Origin: Eledone cirrhosa
Lineage: Eukaryota
Reading direction: 5' to 3'
DNA: 64,000 bases
Assembly: GCA_964016885.1 (NCBI GenBank)
Contig: OZ024742.1
Coordinates: 273,792,001-273,856,000, forward strand
Part shown: one piece after another, positions 12,112 to 26,724 of the stretch
How the letters are laid out: each line of letters begins with the position of its first letter
Position numbering within the stretch: the first letter of the stretch is position 1
Program-made: the position numbers and the translations under genes
The notes under the pieces: generated by a model
What the model was told of the DNA's origin: nothing
Database searches by the model: none
Seen by the model: only the letters and a program-made list of their open reading frames with translations

Positions 12112-15100
12112 TGAATGTGAAGCCAGGCTTTTTATCGCCTCTAGTTTTTATTCAATAGTTCACCTCGTTTTCAACCGTTCTAATCCTTTTATTCAAGTTT
12201 CAAACTTGATAAAAGTTTAGAAGAAGTGACCCACCTAATACAGTGGTTCACTCGTAAATAACACGGCACCCCTTTACGGGGTGTCGTATTATGTAAAAAT
12301 ATTATTTGAAAACATTTCTTTCAACATGGATAATACAAGACAGAGAGAGAGAGAGAGTGCTGTCAGTCAACACAGAGAGAGGTAGACTTTTTCAGCATAT
12401 CAACAAGACAGCGTTCCAGAGAATGTAAATTTAAAAGAAAATATTACGAAGGAAAAGAGGAACAATATCATTTTTAATGATATTTTTACAAACTTAAAAT
12501 CACGAACTATTTCTACCACCAACAATAACACCAACAACAACACCTTCAGTAACAACAGCAACAACAAAAATAACGGCGGTAAGGTCGAGAACGACAATAA
12601 CAATGACAATAACAACAGCCACAACAACAATAATAGTAGGAATAGTATCAGCAAAAACAACAATAATAACAACAGCCACAATAACAGTAACAACAGCAAC
12701 AGTATCAACGAAAATAACAACACCAGCAACAACAGTACCAACGAAAACATTAACAATGACATCTATACCTGTAACAGCGATCTCAGCACCACTAGTGGTG
12801 CTGCTGAAAAAGGGACCACTTCTTTTGCAAGTGTAGCCCGAAATATCGAAACAGTGTTATTCACAGAGGAGGAGATGGCAGTAACAAGGGCCATGGTGAC
12901 AAGAAGCGCCAATAGAGTTTCCCTGAAACCTCCACCCGATTTTTCAAGGACCAGCAGCTACGGACGGTGACTTACCGCACCGTAAGCAAAATCTCACATC
13001 GGGTGGAGAGAGCTACGGAGGCTCAAATCCAAAAGGCAAAACCCACATCACCCGAGGCAGAAAGTACGCCAAATTAGATGTACATTTCGCTACCCCCCAA
13101 GTAGCGAAGTCTCACACTTTGGAAACCCTAAAGAGTGAGGAGATAGTCTTAGTGCCTCCTAATGCGGGCAGAAAATTGTGAGGGTCAAAGTGACCCAGGT
13201 CCCACCCGACGTGTCCATACCTTGGCTGGCCGCGTCTGTCCTTGCTGGAATCGAGGACAGGACGACCATGCTGCAAGTAGGGGTGCAAATGCTTATACAA
13301 ACTGACCAGGAGTGTATCGACACTATCCCCGATATCATCGGTGAAGGACTCCAACTCCCTGTAAATGTGGAAGGAAGACGGCCAAAATGTTATTTATGTG
13401 GGTCAAAGGGTCACTCCCGGGCATTTTTACCCGCAGAAGACAGCGAAGAGGAAGGCCCCTCTCCTTCCAATACCTGGTCCGCTGCTACCAAGAGCAGGGC
13501 AGGCAACAAACGCAGAATCCCATTCCACGGTGAGTAGGAGGGAAATATCCGTGGCACCTATACGAGGCCACGGACAGATAAAGCAATAGCATCAGTGGTG
13601 GCAATACCAGTAGCTACATTTGCGGTAGCTGCACCAGCAACAAAATCACCGGAGAGGGCTTACTACATCCACCAACAGCTGTAGAGCTCATACCCCTCCC
13701 AGACGCCACGGAATCCGACATAGAGTCTGAGGCGGGAGTGAAGTGGCAAACTGTCAGCCACAAAAAAAAAAATCCCTTAGATTCACCCTCCAAAAGCGAA
13801 AGCTCACAAAGAGTGGTAAAGGCAGCGAGGAGACTTGAAGCAACATCACCACCATCACCATAACAAGAACCACCGCCAACAACAACCACACCACCACCAG
13901 CATCACCAAATAACACCGACACCGTAAACACAACAAAACACAAACACCCAACAGCAACAACAAGAAAACAGCAACACAATCACCCATCCCCCCAAATAGT
14001 ACACAGCCATAAACATGGCAAATAAAAAACTCATACAATATATAAAGCAGCACACAGACATCACAGAAAAAAAAACTACTACACCCCACCAACACCAATA
14101 ACTCTCCCGACAAACATAACCATCAGGTAAGTGACCCTTTCCTCACTTGCCCCGTTTCTCATCCAAAATGGCCGTCATCAGAATAGGCAGGATAAATGCA
14201 CGTGTCCTGGGGTCATCTTGGAAGCAGGGTCACATGCTCAACGAGCTCAGGTCACTAAACATAGATGTGGTGACCATCAGCGAGACCAGAGTCTCCGAAG
14301 CACGAGCCTTCGCACCGATCTCCGGCGGCTACGATGTATACGCATCTCCTAGCCGTCCAGCATTGGGGGTAGGGGTTGCCGTCCTTTTTCGGAGTGTTTT
14401 AGTCTCGCCATACGGGCATCTTCCTAGACCCAGAAGGTAAGTCGGTGGTCCTGGACGTGACCGGCAGCGAAGGCATTGCTTTCAGGCTAGTAGCTGTCTA
14501 CGTCCCATCTGGGGCAGGACGGCCAGATTTCTTCAGACGTCTAGAGACCTTTCTTGGAACGTCCCGCTCGTTAGTGTTAGTGGGCGACTGGAACGGTATA
14601 TTGGTTGCACGCTGGGATTGTGTGGGGATAGGGGATAGGGGTTGAGGGTACAATAGCTTCAGCAACCTGCTCAGAAGTTTTGAACTGTCTGACAGGTATG
14701 GACTGGATCAATCGAATGTGCCAATGTGGACTTGGACAAAACGCATAGGGTCATCCACATCGTATCTAGATAGGGTATTCTGCAGAGAACTAGATAAGGC
14801 TAGTATAGTTTGTCCACAATTTAAAATATTCGACTACACAGACCACACATTTGTGATATATGAGATCGACATAGACAGACTTCATAGACAAGGACCCGGT
14901 TACTGGAAGCTGAACGCGTATTTTCCGGCGCGCAAAGCCTACAGAGACCGGATTAGCGTATTAGGTAAGTGGGGGTTGACGGGAGCGGTCGTCAACAACA
15001 GGTGGTGGTTTGCCCTGAAAAGGACAATTAAAGTAGAGTCGATTAGGTTTAGCAAAGGCGTAGCGATAGAGGAAAATAGAGTAGAGGAATATCTAGCCAG

Positions 15101-15650
15101 AAAGCTAGAAGAGGCTTTTAGGACAGGCACCGCAACCGATGTGCTTGCTACGAGATTGGCGCCCGACCAATTCTTCAAAGCAAAGCACGAAGGCTGCGTT
15201 TTCAGAGCGAGGGTGCGGGCTCTGAAACACTAGGGCACGAAAGCCGCCAAAGGGCGTGACGTTGCAACAAAGCCACAATTCGGTCTTTGTCAGACCAAAA
15301 CGGGTGCGTGTTGCTCGATCCCGAGCAGATGTGTGAGGCTTTTCAGCAGCACTTTGCTAAAATGTTCGGGAGCAGCGGCGGACCGGATCGGGGTATAGAT
15401 TTCAGTGCATACCTCGACGAACTGCCTCGGCTCTCGACGACCGCAACACAGTTTTGCGAAAAGCCAATAACAGCCGGTGAAATACGGGAAGCGATGGCTA
15501 ACTGCACGAGGGGTTAATCGACAGGTTTTGGTGATCTTCCCTACGAGCTTTATGCATTTATGCCAGACTTGTCCGGTGACCTCTTGGCAGACGTCTACTT
15601 CAGCTGGCAGCAGAACGGGAGCATTCCCAGTTTTGTGACCCGGGGAGCAG
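12112..15650 (+). mobile_element. Second, decayed Tx1-like element (ORF1 and 5' part of ORF2), 3'-truncated
   Basis: Fragments RVKVTQVPPDVSIPWL, EGRRPKCYLCG, IRIGRINARVLGSSWKQGH and FFRRLETFLGTSRSLVLVGDWNG match copy 1; many stops and frameshifts. Confidence 0.9.
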
Positions 15651-15651
15651 G

Positions 15652-16112
15652 TGAAATGAACAGTAATAAATGAAATTTCGTTTCATTTTTTCCGTTTATC
15701 GTTTTCGGTACCCCGGCCGATTAACTCACTCGATATGCAAATTAGGCTGCTCAGCCGTTAATATGCATAAAGAAAGTATATACTTTCAGACGCTCAATCA
15801 TCAGGCAGTAAGGTATACGTTACAGATGATAGCTAATAAGCTTGACACTCGTTCAGCGTTCCTTTGTCAGTGTTGAACAAATGAGCAACGATGGTTGCTA
15901 GACACTGTACGGCTTAATTCGTGGTGTTTGTTTACAAACACACCGAGCATTATAATAAATGTTCGGTGAATCCATACGTACATATATGTATGTATATATA
16001 TACATACTACTGTACGTCTGTATACATATGTGTATGTACGTAAACATACTTATATTTAAATAACAGCCGTACTAAGAATGAGAAATGAAATTTCGTTTCA
16101 TTATTTCCGTTC
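15652..16112. repeat. ~415-bp unit with a ~30-bp terminal direct repeat (AAATGAAATTTCGTTTCATT..TTCCGTT) that truncates Tx1 copy 2
   Basis: Repeat seen at ~15667 and ~16083; family not identified. Confidence 0.45.
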
Positions 16113-16144
16113 ATATATATATATATATATATATATGGATATAT

Positions 16145-16205
<61 letters not shown>

Positions 16206-16285
16206 TATATGCATATATGCATATATATATATATATATATATATGCATATATGTGTGCGTGTGTGTGTATCTATATATATATACG

Positions 16286-16328
<43 letters not shown>

Positions 16329-16349
16329 GTCTGCATGTATGTATACGTA

Positions 16350-16400
<51 letters not shown>

Positions 16401-16458
16401 CCCCGAACATTTTAGTTTCACTGTTCCTTATACGTATATATATATATATATCTATATA

Positions 16459-16495
<37 letters not shown>

Positions 16496-17239
16496 GTATA
16501 AGGAACAGTGGAACTAAAATGTTCAGAGTTATTATAATTTGCTTCGAATAAAGTCAAATATTTAAGAACAGTGTGGGGCGTGACGTTAATGAAACATTTT
16601 GCTATTTCATTATTGTATTTTCGCACCTCGATATTTAACTGTTTAAATAAGCAATTGAATCGTCACAGAGAAATATCTGAGATCGTTTGCATAGGTTTTA
16701 AGGATCGAAGGAAAAACACTCTGAATCGATTACATTTCATAGCTCTTTGTCAATATAAGTATGGTCATGAGATTAAATATATGATATACGTGTGATTAAT
16801 GTATTTTTTTGTATCACGTTTTATTAAGGAAATGTATTATCAAACACCACAACTGAAGTAAATATGAATGTTTTAATGCGTTGCTCTTTTATATATATAG
16901 AACAAAATTTAAACGATCCATAAATAAACACAATACTTTCAATTCTTTCAGCAAATAGAATGATACACCGCATTTATTTCAAATTAGTAGTGATCACTAC
17001 CCAAATTATATTGATACCGAATGTTATATGATGCCTTGTCGATTTCGTTTTCCATATTCTTGTAAAAATCAGGGTATTTTAACATCATCCCATTCTCTTC
17101 TCCTTTCCATCTATTTGTCTCCCTTTCTCTCTATATATATTATAAACACACACACACACTTAAACACTCACACATACACACACACATGCACACACTCACA
17201 CAGGCACACACACACACACAGACACACAGACACACAGAC

Positions 17240-17313
<74 letters not shown>

Positions 17314-18180
17314 GAAACTAAAAAACAACAACAGCACAGGAGTACGAGTTATATATATGGAGGAACGATGTATGGCTAGAAAGCAGGTCTAAATCGCGTT
17401 CAGATGATTTTTACTGATATACATCTGTTCGAAAGATATATTAAGGATCATAGAAGCTATATAAATTCCTTATGAAGGTCATCCTGGTGGACATCGCCAC
17501 AGGACCTCACCCATTTTATTGTTAAGGATCTCAAGCGACATTTATATGACATTTAGACATCATTAACAATTCAAAAATAATATTTTTATTTTCTAAATTG
17601 GCCACAGGACAACACATTGAGTGTTACGTCGTGATTAATGTGATGGGAGTATGCTCTTGTTAATTGAGTAAGCATGCAAGAATGAGAGACACATTTGACG
17701 GCAGTGCTTTTCAAATAGCATCGCTTCAAACAAGGCATATTATAAAAGAAAAAAGTATTAGACAAAAGTATTTATACGCATATGCCCCTAAATATAACCA
17801 AATTTAAATGCCGAACAACTGCACAACGTTCCACTTGACAAATGATATCCTACACCAAATATCGCAGGATTCTATTGATATTAACGGTACCACCGACTCT
17901 CCAATATTACCAAGCAATTTGTGACTTAAGAACACCAGATGCTGACCTGAAACAAATGATTGAAATTATTAGATCCCTGGCCTTAACCGCCATTCCCCAT
18001 ATTGTTTCTATTTTGCAAAAATGGACCTGATGTTTTATACTAGGATTTTGCTTCTTTGATTTGAAACCCACTGGTAGTACCTGAAATAAATGAATATGTC
18101 AATATAAATACACACCTGGCATAAGAGGTGTTGATTACTAGTTTATTTCAGAAAATAAACAAATCTATCTCAATCAGTAT

Positions 18181-19575
<1,395 letters not shown>

Positions 19576-19602
19576 ATAGAGGTGTAACACACGAGTTGTG
19601 AT

Positions 19603-20185
19603 ATATTAGTAAAAGGAAAAGAAAATGCTGACAGATTGTTCCCAGTGAAAAATAGTATAATTAGGTATAAGTATAAATTAGTAATAAGTATTGGTTAGTA
19701 TTCAGTTTTAGTTTTAAGTTTTTACCGGTTGCGCATTTCTAATGCTTTTCAAAAATAGTTTTGAGATAGAGCGCCCATGATGTTTGCTCTAATCTGATCA
19801 GTTTTGGAAATTCTACCTGTTTTATGTGAAAATAGTGGCTCCAGAGGTATTAAGATTTGGTTGGTTGTTGAATGTCACGTGAATGAGTACTATAAGTTTC
19901 GCGCCAATTCGTGTTGCAAAAATTCTTGTAGTCAAAACAATTTTGATTGGTCGGTAGAGGTCACGTGAATGTTAAAAATTGATTTTGCGCCAAATGTAGG
20001 TTTATCGAAGAGTGTCCTTTTTCGCCTGATTGAGAAATCACTGAAAAATAAGTCTTTTAAGACAAATATGTGTGTGTGTATGTGTATAGTAAAGAGATTC
20101 ATTGTTGTGATAATGGTCAGTAGGGATGTGTGTGTGAATTGCAATCATGTTGAAAGGTCAACAGTTCAGGTGCCCAGTATGACAA

Positions 20186-20261
<76 letters not shown>

Positions 20262-22344
20262 CAGAGTAATTCGTGGTAGAGGGATCGGTCAGTAGGAATG
20301 TGTCTGTACGTGTGTGGGGGTATTTTAACATGTTGACAGATATTTTTCAGCTCTTGTCTTATACGGAGAAGTGCGTGCGTGTGTGTGTGTGTGTGTGTAT
20401 GTCTTTTTGTATATTAGTGTACGCGTGTGTATGTGTGTGTGTATATGTGGGTCTGTGTGTATATGTGTGTATGCGTGTGTGTGTGTGGCTGGACCAGTAT
20501 TTTTGTGATACTGGTAAAAATGGTGTACATTATTCGATATTTTCAGCAAAAACGATTCTCTCAAGAGAACATCAAAAACATTAATAATAAAAGAGGTGAA
20601 ATGATATATAGTATTGTCATAACACCAAGGTGTGTGTGAGTGTCCAGATTGTACGTACTGCAAGGGGAATCCATTAGGCCCTGTCGTATGGGAATACTTG
20701 TGTACAAATATGTATGTGCCCATCAGTTTGCAATGCATGTGTGCGTATATGTATGTGTGTGTGTCGGCACGTTTATATCTATAGACATGAAAAGGTATGC
20801 AAATTTGTGTATATTTGTGTTGCACCATAGAACATGTGTTTACGTATGTCATTGGGTTTATATGTGGATAGAGATGTATGTATGATGTATGCTGATGTAG
20901 GTATGTATGTTGACGTGTGTATGTTGTGGGTTCGTCTTAGGGAGAAGTGTTTAGACGGGGTCCGTATTTGTTAATAAAGTGAGATTCCTTGCTGATGCAC
21001 TGGGTGTGGGTGGCATTATCTTTAAATTTATAGAGGGGAAAGATTCTAAAGTTGGGATGATTTGGGGCGGCACAGGTATCAATGTGTTCACTCAGTAGTA
21101 TTTTCCTGTATTCCCGCATTTTAATTTGGGATCTATGGACAGTCATGCGTTGGCGGAAGCTCTCTTTGGTCTGGCCTATGTATTGTTCTCGACAACCTGA
21201 GCAAGTTAATACATATATTAGATTTTCTGATGCGTATGTGAAATTGTGTTTTACTATAAAACGTTGTCCTTCTTTGAAATAGAATTCCGAACCCTCTATT
21301 AGGTTGATGCATATGCCACAGTTGGGTCTATCGCATTTTTTTACTGTGGGTTTCGTTGTTGTGCTTTGGCATGTGTTAGGATGTTTTTAATTGACTTAGA
21401 TTGTCTTTTGCTCTTTATGATATCGTGTGTTCGAAGGATTTGGTTCATTCTATGGTCCTTTTTTAACACAGGGATGTTCTGGAGGATGGTGTCAAAGGCC
21501 TCAGTGTTGAGGGTGTTGTATGTGGAGATGTATGGAAGAGCTTTTAGTTTCGGTTGATTTACTTTAGGGTGTCTAAGGTCCTGGCTACTGAGTTTTAGGG
21601 CACGTTGGATTCCATTGTCAATTAGTGATGCAGGGTAGTCCCTGCCTATGAGTGTGTCCTTTAGTTCTTGTAGCCGTAAGTAACAGGTGTTTTTATTGGA
21701 GACTATAGTACATATTATTTTGGCTAAGTTGTAGGGAATATTAATTTTAACGTGTCTAGGGTGGCAAGAGTTGAAAGGAAGATATTACTTGGAATCTGTG
21801 GGCTTGTAGTATATGTCTGTTTCTCTTTTTTTTTATGAATCTTAATGAGGATGTCGAGGAAGGGGAGTTGTTGATGGCTATATTCCATCGTAAAGTTAAT
21901 ATTCGTGTTGAGCCCATTTATAAGGGTGTGAAATTATTTAAGTTTCTCGATGAAGCAGTCATCTAGACACTCACACACACCTTGGTGTAATGACAATACT
22001 ATATATCATTTCACCCCTTTTATTATTAATGTTTTTGATGTTCTCTTTTGAGAATCGTTTTTGCTGAAAATATTGAATAATGTACACCATGTGTTACCAG
22101 TATCACACAAATACTGGTCCACCCACAAACACACACACACAGACACATACAGACATATACACACAGACACACATATACACACACACATACACACGCGTAC
22201 ACTAACATACAAAGAGACATACACACACACACACTTCTCCGTATAAGACAAGAGCTGAAAAATATCTTTCAACATGTTAAAATAACCCACATACACGTAC
22301 AGACACATTCTTACTGACCGATCCCTCTACCGTAAATTACTATG

Positions 22345-22412
<68 letters not shown>

Positions 22413-23000
22413 TTGTCTTAATAGGCACCTGAACTGTTGACCTTTCAACATGACTGCAATTCACACACACATCCTTACTGACCATTATCACAACAAAGAA
22501 CCTCTTTACTACACACACACACACATACACACATACATATTTGTCATAAAGACTTATTTTTCAGTGACTTCTCAATCAGGCGAAAAAGGACACTCTTCGA
22601 CAAACCTACATTTGGCGCAAAATCAATTTTTAACATTCACGTGACCTCTACCGACCAATCAAAATTGTTTTGACTACAAGAATTTTTGCAACACGAAATG
22701 GCGCGAAACTTATAGTACTCATTCACGTGACATTCAACAACCAACCAAATCTTAATACCTCTGGAGCCACTTTTTTCATATAAAACAGGTAGAATTTCCA
22801 AAACTAATCAGATTAGAGCAAACATCACGAGCGCTCTATCTCAAAATTATTTTTGAAAAGCATTAGAAATGCGCAACCGGTAAAAACTTAAGACTAAAAC
22901 TGAATACTAACCAATACTTATTACTAATTTATACTTATACCTAATTATACTATTTTTCACTGGGAACAATTTGTCAGCATTTTCTTTTCCTTTTACTAAT
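19603..23000 (-). mobile_element. Penelope-like element: pLTR, truncated RT/GIY-YIG region and inverted pLTR
   Basis: ~1.04-kb inverted repeat (19603-20649 vs 21961-23000); 20937-21960 (-) encodes NLIYVLTCSGCREQYIGQT..RQRMTVHRSQI. Confidence 0.88.
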
Positions 23001-23057
23001 ATATATATATATATATACGTATTTATGTATGTATATGTATATATATATATATATATA

Positions 23058-23097
<40 letters not shown>

Positions 23098-23250
23098 ATA
23101 AATGCTCTGAAATAGCGATATATATGTGAATATAGACATAGAATATTCGAAAATATTCTGTATGTTTATAATAAACATTTTGAAGACCTAATCGCTATAG
23201 AATAGAATACGTCACGTATTACAATTAGATTCTCGATAAAAGCAAGGGAA

Positions 23251-23293
23251 GTAATCTACGCGTTTCATTCTTGTTAGAAATCATCAGGACTAC
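23251..23293 (-). ncRNA. Minimal type I hammerhead ribozyme (first of 10 in the left arm, every 310 bp)
   Basis: Reverse complement reads GTAGTC CTGATGA TTTCTAACAAGAAT GAAA CGCG TA GATTAC. Confidence 0.88.
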
Positions 23294-26200
23294 ATATCCA
23301 GTGCTTTTATCGAGAATGACACAGCTAGAGACTTATAGAATACTTAGCTGTGTACAGGAACTGGTTTGAAAGAGCGGTTGCCGGTCCGGCAGAAATTAGA
23401 AATTGGAATAAATGCTCTGAAATAGCGATATATATGTGAATATAGACATAGAATATTCGAAAATATTCTGTATGTTTATAATAAACATTTTGAAGACCTA
23501 ATCGCTATAGAATAGAATACGTCACGTATTACAATTAGATTCTCGATAAAAGCAAGGGAAGTAATCTACGCGTTTCATTCTTGTTAGAAATCATCAGGAC
23601 TACATATCCAGTGCTTTTATCGAGAATGACACAGCTAGAGACTTATAGAATACTTAGCTGTGTACAGGAACTGGTTTGAAAGAGCGGTTGCCGGTCCGGC
23701 AGAAATTAGAAATTGGAATAAATGCTCTGAAATAGCGATATATATGTGAATATAGACATAGAATATTCGAAAATATTCTGTATGTTTATAATAAACATTT
23801 TGAAGACCTAATCGCTATAGAATAGAATACGTCACATATTACAATTAGATTCTCGATAAAAGCAAGGGAAGTAATCTACGCGTTTCATTCTTGTTAGAAA
23901 TCATCAGGACTACATATCCAGTGCTTTTATCGAGAATGACACAGCTAGAGACTTATAGAATACTTAGCTGTGTACAGGAACTGGTTTGAAAGAGCGGTTG
24001 CCGGTCCGGCAGAAATTAGAAATTGGAATAAATGCTCTGAAATAGCGATATATATGTGAATATAGACATAGAATATTCGAAAATATTCTGTATGTTTATA
24101 ATAAACATTTTGAAGACCTAATCGCTATAGAATAGAATACGTCACGTATTACAATTAGATTCTCGATAAAAGCAAGGGAAGTAATCTACGCGTTTCATTC
24201 TTGTTAGAAATCATCAGGACTACATATCCAGTGCTTTTATCGAGAATGACACAGCTAGAGACTTATAGAATACTTAGCTGTGTACAGGAACTGGTTTGAA
24301 AGAGCGGTTGCCGGTCCGGCAGAAATTAGAAATTGGAATAAATGCTCTGAAATAGCGATATATATGTGAATATAGACATAGAATATTCGAAAATATTCTG
24401 TATGTTTATAATAAACATTTTGAAGACCTAATCGCTATAGAATAGAATACGTCACGTATTACAATTAGATTCTCGATAAAAGCAAGGGAAGTAATCTACG
24501 CGTTTCATTCTTGTTAGAAATCATCAGGACTACATATCCAGTGCTTTTATCGAGAATGACACAGCTAGAGACTTATAGAATACTTAGCTGTGTACAGGAA
24601 CTGGTTTGAAAGAGCGGTTGCCGGTCCGGCAGAAATTAGAAATTGGAATAAATGCTCTGAAATAGCGATATATATGTGAATATAGACATAGAATATTCGA
24701 AAATATTCTGTATGTTTATAATAAACATTTTGAAGACCTAATCGCTATAGAATAGAATACGTCACGTATTACAATTAGATTCTCGATAAAAGCAAGGGAA
24801 GTAATCTACGCGTTTCATTCTTGTTAGAAATCATCAGGACTACATATCCAGTGCTTTTATCGAGAATGACACAGCTAGAGACTTATAGAATACTTAGCTG
24901 TGTACAGGAAGTGGTTTGAAAGAGCGGTTGCCGGTCCGGCAGAAATTAGAAATTGGAATAAATGCTCTGAAATAGCGATATATATGTGAATATAGACATA
25001 GAATATTCGAAAATATTCTGTATGTTTATAATAAACATTTTGAAGACCTAATCGCTATAGAATAGAATACGTCACGTATTACAATTAGATTCTCGATAAA
25101 AGCAAGGGAAGTAATCTACGCGTTTCATTCTTGTTAGAAATCATCAGGACTACATATCCAGTGCTTTTATCGAGAATGACACAGCTAGAGACTTATAGAA
25201 TACTTAGCTGTGTACAGGAACTGGTTTGAAAGAGCGGTTGCCGGTCCGGCAGAAATTAGAAATTGGAATAAATGCTCTGAAATAGCGATATATATGTGAA
25301 TATAGACATAGAATATTCGAAAATATTCTGTATGTTTATAATAAACATTTTGAAGACCTAATCGCTATAGAATAGAATACGTCACGTATTACAATTAGAT
25401 TCTCGATAAAAGCAAGGGAAGTAATCTACGCGTTTCATTCTTGTTAGAAATCATCAGGACTACATATCCAGTGCTTTTATCGAGAATGACACAGCTAGAG
25501 ACTTATAGAATACTTAGCTGTGTACAGGAACTGGTTTGAAAGAGCGGTTGCCGGTCCGGCAGAAATTAGAAATTGGAATAAATGCTCTGAAATAGCGATA
25601 TATATGTGAATATAGACATAGAATATTCGAAAATATTCTGTATGTTTATAATAAACATTTTGAAGACCTAATCGCTATAGAATAGAATACGTCACGTATT
25701 ACAATTAGATTCTCGATAAAAGCAAGGGAAGTAATCTACGCGTTTCATTCTTGTTAGAAATCATCAGGACTACATATCCAGTGCTTTTATCGAGAATGAC
25801 ACAGCTAGAGACTTATAGAATACTTAGCTGTGTACAGGAACTGGTTTGAAAGAGCGGTTGCCGGTCCGGCAGAAATTAGAAATTGGAATAAATGCTCTGA
25901 AATAGCGATATATATGTGAATATAGACATAGAATATTCGAAAATATTCTGTATGTTTATAATAAACATTTTGAAGACCTAATCGCTATAGAATAGAATAC
26001 GTCACGTATTACAATTAGATTCTCGATAAAAGCAAGGGAAGTAATCTACGCGTTTCATTCTTGTTAGAAATCATCAGGACTACATATCCAGTGCTTTTAT
26101 CGAGAATGACACAGCTAGAGACTTATAGAATACTTAGCTGTGTACAGGAACTGGTTTGAAAGAGCGGTTGCCGGTCCGGCAGAAATTAGAAATTGGAATA

Positions 26201-26681
26201 AATGCTCTGAAATAGCGATATATATGTGAATATAGACATAGAATATTCGAAAATATTCTGTATGTTTATAATAAACATTTTGAAGACCTAATCGCTATAG
26301 AATAGAATACGTCACGTATTACAATTTCTAACAAGAATGAAACGCGTAGAATCGCTATAGAATAGAATACGTCACGTATTACAATTTCTAACAAGAATGA
26401 AACGCGTAGATTACTTCCCTTGCTTTTATCGAGAATCTAATTGTAATACGTGACGTATTCTATTCTATAGCGATTAGGTCTTCAAAATGTTTATTATAAA
26501 CATACAGAATATTTTCGAATATTCTATGTCTATATTCACATATATATCGCTATTTCAGAGCATTTATTCCAATTTCTAATTTCTGCCGGACCGGCAACCG
26601 CTCTTTCAAACCAGTTCCTGTACACAGCTAAGTATTCTATAAGTCTCTAGCTGTGTCATTCTCGATAAAAGCACTGGATAT

Positions 26682-26724
26682 GTAGTCCTGATGATTTCTA
26701 ACAAGAATGAAACGCGTAGATTAC
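26682..26724 (+). ncRNA. Minimal type I hammerhead ribozyme (first of 9 complete copies in the right arm)
   Basis: Stem I GTAGTC/GATTAC, core CTGATGA 26688-94, stem II TTCT/AGAA, GAAA, palindromic stem III CGCG, GUA cleavage after 26718. Enclosed by a 16-bp perfect helix, 26658-73 with 26731-46. Confidence 0.9.

Noticed and set aside
15765-15810. Hammerhead-like CTGATGA...GAAA GTATATAC TT on minus
   Set aside because: Stem I does not pair; at best degenerate.
16007-17392. ORFs rich in YI, CV or HT dipeptides (also at 20-22, 31, 42, 48, 51 and 57-60 kb)
   Set aside because: Translations of (TA)n and (CA)n microsatellites.
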